From Adineta vaga (taxonomy: Eukaryota; Animalia; Rotifera), in the NCBI GenBank assembly GCA_021613535.1, contig CP075497.1:6262001-6326000 (forward strand): a stretch of 64,000 bases of DNA, given 5' to 3'. Of this stretch, positions 53,630-64,000 are shown in pieces (the first letter of the stretch is position 1; each line of letters opens with the position of its first letter). Below the pieces are notes generated by a model, which had not been told where the DNA came from, did no database searches, and saw only the letters and a program-made list of their open reading frames with translations. The translations under genes were made by a program, and so were the position numbers.

Positions 53630-54348
53630 AATTAATTTGTAAAATACTTCTAATCTTAAGAAGAAAAAACACTGAATGATAACAGCGAAGAACGGATATA
53701 TAACCTTTTGCTTCTGACACGTGTTTTTCTATTATTGTCTATGAATAAGAAGAAAAGAAAAGCTTTTTAGATGGATTTTTCCGTTCGATTTATATATGAC
53801 GAAGAAAATACTTTGAAAAAGTAGGAAATAAAAGTTTTCTGAATAAAAGATGTAACAATTCACGTAAATGCTCTTGAAAGATTAAATAAGAAAAGATAGA
53901 TATGAAAAATCCAAAAAAGATAGGCGTCTTCGGAAGTCGATAAATTCCTTGAAAGAAAAATCTTATAGTTTACTATTTAATATGTAAGTATGACTCACAC
54001 ATGAAAGAGGTCAAAATAAATTGTTTATGGTAATTATTTTTCAACTCGAATTTGTTACATGAAACTATTTTATTTCTTTGCAAAACTATTTTCGGTAGAA
54101 TAACTTACTGTCAACTTCGATGCATTCAAATGACAGTATCAAGGTAATTATGTCATTGATTGCATAAACATGATAAAAATGATTCATCTAAATGCAAGCT
54201 TCTTTTCTTCCTGTACAATTTCTCTCAAGAAGACCTTCATTATATCATCATGAAAACCTTGACAAGTATAAATTCTCTATATTAGAAGATATAATTATGT
54301 TATTTAACTCATCAAAAAAAATAATTAACAAAAAAATAAAGGAAGAAA

Positions 54349-54799
54349 TTAATGTTGTTCTTTCATGTAATCATATAAATCTTGTAAATTACTAGACATA
54401 ATTTCATTTAATGTTCGTTCAAGAGCATCTTGAATTGTTATCGATGAACCAAGTGATTCCATATGTTGTTTGAAACGTATTAACAGATCTTGATAAACAT
54501 CAAATAAACATGATTGAAGGACGAATACACATTCTGGATTAAAATCTACGGTAAAATATGATAAACATACAAAGAAAAGTAATTAATATTTCTAATCACC
54601 TTTAAAACCATGTTGTTTAATTAGACTAATTATGATTTCATTCAATTGTTGACGAATTTCATTACTAGAAAAGATTTCAATCAAGAATTTCAAGAAAATA
54701 ATTTAGGAATTTTTACTCAGATATTTCTTTATTGAATACATATCGATTTAGTTCATGTTGAATCAAATCTACCGAAGAAATATCAGCAAAATTTGTCAT
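54349..54799 (-). CDS. Small bromodomain-associated (Bromo_TP) histone-fold protein, SUPT7L/TAF3/TAF8-like (3 exons, ~114 aa; absent from the ORF track)
   Basis: Manual splicing gives MTNFADISSVDLIQHELNRYVFNKEISDNEIRQQLNEIIISLIKQHGFKDFNPECVFVLQSCLFDVYQDLLIRFKQHMESLGSSITIQDALERTLNEIMSSNLQDLYDYMKEQH*. The RQxL...HGF...L...D.LE...E pattern resembles the SUPT7L histone fold. Confidence 0.72.
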
Positions 54800-55248
54800 T
54801 ATTTAAAGTTAATGATGCGTGTAAATTTACGATCTAATTATTTATCTATATCTTAAAAAGAAAAAAAGAAATGTAGATTGTAAAAAATGACATGCGTCTT
54901 TCTAGACGATACGTCAGTCTAATCTGTCCTAGCATCAAAAATCAATCATTCGTTCATCCTTGAGCGACGTATATTATTTTCGATATAAGCGGTATGTAGT
55001 AAAACGAGGCAGATGTTTCAATAGCGACAACATATTCTCATTTAAAAGACTGAGTTAAGTTGTTTTAACAAGAATTCAAATCCATAACATCAGGTTTATA
55101 TTTATGCAAATATGTTATATATATATGACAATACAAAATGAAAGAAAAAACAACAAAACATAAAAATCGAATGCATTTGTGAAGTTCGTCTATTCAATAT
55201 GTTTCAATTGACTAACAGGACAAAAGATCAATGGAGTTTTTTCTTTTC

Positions 55249-56623
<1,375 letters not shown>

Positions 56624-56786
56624 CTTTCAGTAAATGTGTTCTCTTCCACTTCGTTATTATGATAAAACACAAAAATAAATGTATTGTCCATTGATTGGTT
56701 CATATTCCACCGAATGAAAATGAATGAATGGATGCATTTGTGTTTGCATGGACATTATTTTTTTCTTCTCATTATCATCAGTTTTC
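56624..56786. promoter_or_regulatory. Bidirectional promoter region shared by RNF121 and EMC10
   Basis: The start codons diverge 163 bp apart; an ATTGG (reverse CCAAT) lies at ~56694-56698. Confidence 0.55.
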
Positions 56787-57837
56787 ATGATGTTTGAACA
56801 AAAAAATCTCATTGTTGTTTTCATCGTTTTAATTCTACAATTCAATTCAATTACAGTATGCAAGATTCATTAGATAGATCTTTGAAGGACATAGAAACGT
56901 TTTTTTTTCTAGACATTTGACGATGCAACTGATGCTTTAGTGTCATTAAATTTTGAAGATAATCTTGGTAAGAATAGAGATGAAATTTTGAAGAACAAAA
57001 AGTCGAATGTTTATTTTTATTGTTTAGATGGAAAATTTTCTTCATTTTCGAAAATGAATACTCATCTTTCTCGTCAAACAAATGTTGATGTAACATCATC
57101 ACGAACAATATCATCTGCACAATTTGATCGATTAGTTGATTTTAAAAATGATTATCCATATTATACATTAAAAATACATTTTAAACGTGGTGCAATACAA
57201 GATTATGTAATGACATCGATACCAATGGTAAAATTAATTTACTATATTTATTTCAAATGTAATATTTATTTTTTAGTGTCTTGTTTTACAAACACAATTT
57301 CGATATACTGTTTCTTTATATGTCAATGAAAATGGTTATATTGTCAGTGCACAAATGACAACAGGAAATTCGACATGTAATCTTTCGAATATGAATGAAA
57401 TTGAGAAGAAAGCAGAGTATAATTATAAAGTAACAATGCGATTTCAATTAAATGAAGTTGGACCACAGTAAGAGAAGAGAAAAATTCAAAGATAGAAGGT
57501 ATATATGTTTTTGGTTTAGACCCGATACACAACGTTTTCTGGAAAAACTTAAACGACAACAGGAAGCTAAATTGAATGCTCAAGAAGCTGACAATCGACC
57601 ATTCGTTCTTAAATATGTTAGTATAAGTTTATTTTCAAAAGGAAGTCGACAAGTGATGTGTTATTCTTATATTAAAATGAGCTTAGAATACAGAGAATAA
57701 TATGCGAAAACTAAAATTTATTCTTATTTTTTTAGTGGAAATATATAGTACCAGTAGTTGTAATAATGGTTCTTCAAAGTGCTTTTACTCAAGATGCAGG
57801 TGGTTCTGGAGGTGGTGGTGGTGGTGGTGGACAATAA
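56787..57837 (+). CDS. EMC10: ER membrane protein complex subunit 10 (multi-exon)
   Basis: Signal peptide MMFEQKNLIVVFIVLILQ. C-terminal GPQ|PDTQRFLEKLKRQQEAK...FVLKY|WKYIVPVVVIMVLQSAFTQDAGGSGGGGGGGGQ* matches the EMC10 FFAKYW-TM-polyGly tail. Confidence 0.9.
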
Positions 57838-60800
57838 GTTTCATTCCTTTGTTTACAAATTCTTTTTCTTTTTTTTTTCTTTACTAAATTTTGATACTCT
57901 TTTATGTGTATCCGTTTATTTGTTTGTCTGTCTTGTCGTCTTCGGTCACTGTTTGTCTGTTCTTTCTTTTTCCATCTTTACGCAAATATAAGTTAAAACT
58001 CTTGAGACACTGTTCAATAATGTATACCAGATGAATGAAGTAGAGTGTTCATGGTCAATTAATCGAGAATATATACGTTCATCAATGTCAGTTGATTTCT
58101 CATGGTTTCTTTACTTAAATAGACAAATGCTGCCGTTTCTCATTGAGAAGAAAAAGAAATCAATCATTTCTCTTCAAATGATTGACATCATTTATAAGCT
58201 GTGTATGAGAATGAACACTATATTCTTCTTTTTTTTTCTCACTATCTATTATGCTTAATAGAAAATTGATTGCTACACATAAACATTCAATTATGTTCAT
58301 GTAAGTATTAGAATGAAACAATATATTAGTGTCGAGTTTTTCTTTGACACCTGACTACAATTCAAGGATGAATAAAGTCTATATTGTACTTCTTTTCTTA
58401 GAATCAAATATTGATCCTCGATATCATTGAAAACGATCTTTTTTTTATTAAATCTTCTGTTTTTTTTGTATGCAGTTTTAAAATAACAAATATTATACAT
58501 CATCGTGACTTTTTACAGCTTCGTTTAAAACTATTTTAAATTTGACTATTAGTTTTTTTTACTATTCTGAAGAGATATAACATGGAAAATTAAATATTAA
58601 CTGAACCTTGATCAATTCACGACAATGACACCAATCTACACCTACGACATTACTAACATCACACATTCTTCGAATTGCGATAGAATGGTTGCCGTAGTAT
58701 GATATCCCTGTATTGGCATATGAGTGAGTGTTGATAAGAATATCCCACTTCTTTGCTATATTACTAATGGTATCGCTGACACAGCCATCATCAGTTCACA
58801 TTTCTTGAATAATCAACTCTATATTGAACATACACAAACAATAGAAGTCACAGATGAAACGAAAAATCTTTTCAAAACTAGTTCTTGTTTCGTGTCTTTC
58901 GTTTTTTTTTTAATAATATATATCTCAAGTATGAAATACAGAGAAAAAATCAATAGACTGTATGTTCTCTTTCTTTCTTCTCTTAAGTATCGTATACAAC
59001 AGTAGCATCTCATAAGCATGCCTAATTCGTACTTGAAATTGCTAAATGATCATGAGGATGATAATATATGCATAGTACATTGAACAATACGGATAAGATT
59101 TTGTTTCTTTCAAGTGTCTATGTGCTATTCATGTCAATGAGTGAACATCATTCAGGTTTTCTCATCACATCTCAAAAGAGAAAAAAAGATAACGTCTTCT
59201 TAACCTTGAACAATCGATTATCGAGTAAATACATTGAGATGCGTTATGCATTGAGGAAATGATCAATTTTCTCACTTGTTTTAACATTTTTCTCTCTCTT
59301 CTTTCGACTATGGTATGTAGAATGAAAAGAATAAATGATTGATAGTATCAATGAGAAATATGTATCGTGAAAGAAAATCGATCGATATCGTTTGATTCAT
59401 AACTGACGAAACGCGATTAGAATTTCTACTATATACAAACGGGTCTTTTGACCATGTTTATTATGGATTCCTGTCATATAGAACAGCGTGGTCTCTTAAT
59501 AATTAAATTTTTACACAAGAATGAACATTTGATGACCCTCGAATTTATGTACTTGTGTAACATACATGTATATGTGTATATACATATACATGATCAACAT
59601 CGACAGCCACTGATTCGATGACAAAAAAAAAGTATATAGGGACAGACGCTGCAGAAAAAAGAGGAGCGAGAGAGAGATGAGGAGAAGGGGGATATGCAGC
59701 TTTTGCAAGGTGGATAGAAGAGGGGAAGAGAGAGCGAGAGAAGCGAGCGAAAATATATACGGTTAGAGATAGACGAGCATGAGAAAGGAAGTTTAGATAT
59801 AGCAACACGGACATTATTCATCTGAAGAACGACAGATACATGATTTTAGGTTCGACGTTAGATGAAAAAACGTAAGTTAGAAAGTTACTTCATTATTTAT
59901 TCGTTTTATAATGATTACATGAAAAATAGTATATCTATAGTAGATGTATATATTTCGCGTTCTTGAATTGACCTTTCGATAAATACGTTAATAAAACATC
60001 CGTAATAACAACAACAACAAGAAGAAAAACAAGTGTAAGTACATGAAAAAAAAAGATATCTGTAACTATTTGTCATCAAACGAGATGACATTGTTTCTTC
60101 ATTAATTATAAAAATATAAGTGTCAAGCGTATAATTATGATAATCCAGGGAAACGCTGATATATTTCTTTCTAAGTCTGAGAAGAAACATCTTCCAGATT
60201 TCGAACTTTCAAGATTGTCGAGTAAGTCCAAGATTATTATCTTTCGAATCTATTTCCCCCCTTTTTTTCTTCTTGTACTCTTTCGAATCATCGTTATACT
60301 GACATGTCATTATCGAGTTTGTTACATCGTTTATATCTTTTTCTGTTGATTATGAAGGATGACAGGAAAAAGACTGCTCAAATGTGTATGTGAATATGAA
60401 AAGTACGAATGTGGATATTTTGAATACGAGAAGACCTAAAGCGTTTTCATATAGATGTAATTTTGTCTACACGACTATGACGCATTTATTCAATGATAAT
60501 GATGATCAGTGTGGCGTATGAAAAATAGGAAAAGAAAGTGAAAAAGATGATAACCGATACATTTTGGCGAGACAAACGAGGAGGAGGTGACAGCTGCTAT
60601 CACTTTCTTTCATTTAAATTGAATTTATCTACAGGTGACAGTAAATAAAACATCTACTGAAAGAAGGATATCGATTAATATTTTTCTCTTTACTTCTTAT
60701 AGACTGAGTTTTTGTACCATTTAGTTTTCGAACTATTTACAATGGAAATCATATCATTTTAATCGGTTTAACTGATTATCTTAATAAGTATTTTATCTTG

Positions 60801-61833
60801 AGGAAATTTCGTTATCTTTTAACATTTTCATTTTACATTTTCTAGTAGAGATAAGACTTTTACTTGAACGATATTCTTGTAAACTAAAACTTGTTCTGTA
60901 TCATTTGCGTAACCATTGTAGGTTATCAATGACATCCATTAGTCTCAATAAGCACTTTCATCTGACCTCGATTCAACACCGTCATCTTCAGTATTGTCTG
61001 AAGAACGATTGATTCTTTTGTTGAAAAATATACGTTATTATCTATTAATAGACGTATATTTACCTTCATATGCTCAAGAAAAGAATCGATGATTTTTACA
61101 TTGTTATATCTTATTCGATTCATGTCAATCAAGGTGACAAGATGCGCTTATCATATTATTATTTTTCGTTTTACTTTTCATATTATTTATCTCTGACACT
61201 TTAGATAATTAGAATTCATACATATATCTATGTCTACCATAATTATCATCATTTAAATATAAGTCAATTTCACTTATTGATCCTCTTGAACATTCTTCTC
61301 TCATAAGATGATGCAATAAGCAACGAAATGAAGGCAAAGAGAGAGAGAGGGGAGAAGAAGAAGAAGAAGAAAAAAACGTAAATTTCGATTATCATATAAG
61401 AGACATTCATTTCATATGTTGATTGATTTATTCGTTGAACATGGCATATTTATTTTCAGTATAGGTCCAAATTTCAGGTAAGAAAAAAAAAATTCATAAC
61501 ATATTCAAGGATTATTTTTCTATTAATCTCGATAAAACTTTTCCTTTTTCTTATTCAAATGTAATTTAACACGAAAAATATAACCGACGATGAGGATTAA
61601 CATGAGAAAGAATGTCTACACACCAGCTGTCTATCAACATATGATGATGGTTTTAAGACAACATCAATTTGTTTCAGCTTTATTTTTTAATGATTACATT
61701 TTGTGTTATCTTTTTTGTTTCAGATATATTATACATATACAAATGCATAATCAACGTCAACTATGCGCTTTTTTCAGCTTGTTATTCTCGTTTGTAATAT
61801 GTGTGTCAATGTAAATAATAATCATTGAAGACG

Positions 61834-62600
61834 ATGATGCAAGAAATATTTTACGATGAATCGAATCGATCAATGAAGTATACAAAAATTGATCATTGTC
61901 AAGATAATATTTCGATTGATAATGATGACTATTATAAACAGATTATATATTCACATGAACAAAGAATTTCTAATCAAAAGATTAAACTAGAGATAATCTT
62001 AACAAATCGTACTCACTTAATTTTCTTCATATTCTTAATTTTCACATCACAAACATATGCTTTACCTCTTTATCAAGCACCATCAGGTAATATTCATTCG
62101 TTGTTTACTGATCTTTTTATATTCATAGTGTATTTTGTTGCTTATTAGTGAATTATAATTCAGTACAGAATTACAATTATAATCAACAATCATTACCTGT
62201 TGCTATGGTACAATTATCTGATCGTCCAGTATATCCTCAATCATATAAGATGTATCGACGGTTCCCAAATCAACAAGTAAATACGCATCCAGGTTATTCG
62301 AATGCCGCTGTAGTACAAGTTCGACAACCGGCTGCCGTAATTCTTCAAAATCATCCTAATGAACAACAACTAACATTACAATTAAGACGTGAACGACAAC
62401 GTCGAGCAATGATTGATAAAATGGTTACTTTATTCGATGAAGATGGTTTGATATTTCTTCAAAAGTAAATTCTAGATGATATGCTTCTATTTTTATACCT
62501 AGGTAATGGTCAATTGACAAAAGAAGAGTTATATTCATTGGCTTTACGTTCGAATATATTTCCAAAATTTCATTATTATTTGAAGCAGACACCGATCTAG
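61834..62600 (+). CDS. Uncharacterised protein with internal hydrophobic segment, Q/N/Y-rich region and one C-terminal EF-hand (3 coding exons)
   Basis: Introns at 62087-62148 and ~62446-62502 join the ORFs in frame. LIFFIFLIFTSQTYALP is a signal/TM segment. LFDEDG|NGQLTKEEL is an EF-hand loop. Stop TAG at 62598-62600. Confidence 0.75.
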
Positions 62601-62873
62601 ATAATTTTCTTTCAGTTTGAATTTACAAGAAGAATAGTTCTCATCATCTGCTACTGGATTTATACGTGGTTCTATCTGTATATGTATAATGTGTCCTCGT
62701 TTTTTTCTTTTTGTCTTTATTGTTGTTACTTCTTCTTTTTCCTTTTTTCTTTTGAGCAATATGGAATGAAGAGATAAATTAGGAATGTGTAATGAAGGAT
62801 TATTTATTTAGAAGAAAATGAAAGAATTCGTATGGTAGATATTTAAAGACAACAATCGTAAGAATTCCAAGTT

Positions 62874-63548
62874 TTATTTGGTACTGATGGAATTGGTGTT
62901 GAACATAATGGCATTGTCGTTTGACGAGCATGGCGTCCAATAGGAATTATTATTTTGAAAATTTTGACATCGATTGGTGTTATAGGTATTAGTGGTACAA
63001 CAATCGATTGGACAACATGCATCATTAGTTGTTGAAGTCCATAATTGACGTTCTTGAGGATCGTTTTGATTTGAGCTAAAAAATGATCTAAACAAATTAG
63101 ACGGAATATATTTTTCAAGAAACAATTTGAAGAGTTCGGTTTGTTACTCTTTTGTACGATCATTGTTTTTTGATTGATGTTCTGCTCGTTTGTTATTGTC
63201 ATAGCATCGTGCAAAAATAGCTCGATCGTAATTAAGTACTCGATCTTTTTGTGTTGAGATTTGATTATCATAATAAAAACTACCATAAGACATATTGGTT
63301 GTTTTATATCTTTCTGCTGGTCGACAAATACAAGCAATAGTACGATTTGTTGGAGTATTGCCACAATCGGATGAATATATTGTTTTGTAAAGTTGTTGAA
63401 GAGGACGAAAACAACTTGATGGAGTACAATCGTTCGTATTGTTATTTATCGAATTATTACAACCATTTGTAGAGGAAAACATTGTTTGACATGGATTTAT
63501 ACAGTTATAGGATGGTAAACTATTATTAGTTGCATTGTAAGAAAACAT
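62874..63548 (-). CDS. Uncharacterised Cys/Asn/Thr-rich protein (2 coding exons)
   Basis: ATG at 63548 (MFSYNATNN...). A GTAAC...TTTAG intron (~63088-63147) joins ORF 63144..63761 to ORF 62874..63125 in frame. Confidence 0.6.
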
Positions 63549-64000
63549 TATCGTATGTCGAAATCGAACAAAAAGAAAAGATTTAGAATAGAAAAATAGA
63601 GTTTCGTAGTTCGAGAAAAAATGAAAAAATGAATCAACGCGCTTAAATACAAAAATAAAGTATACGATGTACAGTAATGATATCAAAAATCTTTGTGATA
63701 AATGGGACTCTTGCTCTATAAGTACGTTATAAAAGAACAATGTAGTCATACGATCTAGCATTTATAACATTAGTATAAAGAGATAGATATATTTTACTTG
63801 GAAAGTATAGTTGAATGTACTTTCACTAAATCGAAACTGTTTTTCTGATGACAAAAATTCAAGTTAACTAATGCCATCTATTAGATTTTATTTTATTTTG
63901 AAATCTTCCAATCCATTGACTTACCTATATCGTCGGAAGAAGTCGAAAAAAGAAGTAAAGCTGATTTGAGCAGTCAGCATATTTTTTATTATTAAAAGAT

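Noticed and set aside
58000-59300. ORFs downstream of EMC10
   Set aside because: No motifs in any frame examined; treated as intergenic.
60926-61132. Minus-strand ORF with donor/acceptor-like sites
   Set aside because: Splicing does not give an open frame of meaningful length; at most a decayed remnant.

Overview
Eukaryotic, AT-rich, gene-dense genomic DNA with many short (~45-70 nt) GT-AG introns. The ORF track therefore fragments genes and misses some entirely. The gene set is metazoan (Crumbs, nAChR, kinesin-2). Short introns and interspersed bacterial/fungal-type genes suggest a bdelloid rotifer (inference, not proven). I reconstructed 18 protein-coding loci by hand: KIF3B, a YihY/BrkB-family gene, Crumbs, a DUF1772 gene, RUS1, an orphan membrane/secreted protein, an RBBP4-like WD40 gene, an RGG/RS/Q-rich disordered protein, RPS13, importin-beta, an nAChR alpha subunit, an FRRS1-like gene, a ~14.5-kb RNF213/mysterin-like giant AAA+ E3, a minimal Bromo_TP histone-fold gene, RNF121, EMC10, an EF-hand orphan and a Cys/Asn-rich orphan. 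Most notable: (1) a RING-less RNF213-like protein whose RZ finger has Cys where the canonical motif has His, with an extra C4 zinc ribbon and a 1-bp frameshift; (2) two probable horizontally acquired genes, one carrying a spliceosomal intron; (3) operon-like packing with apparently unpaired splice acceptors (Crumbs-DUF1772-RUS1; RPS13-KPNB1), suggesting polycistronic/SL-trans-spliced expression that could express foreign genes; (4) an in-frame stop or deletion in the RBBP4-like gene. No rRNA, tRNA, CRISPR array or intact transposon was recognised.
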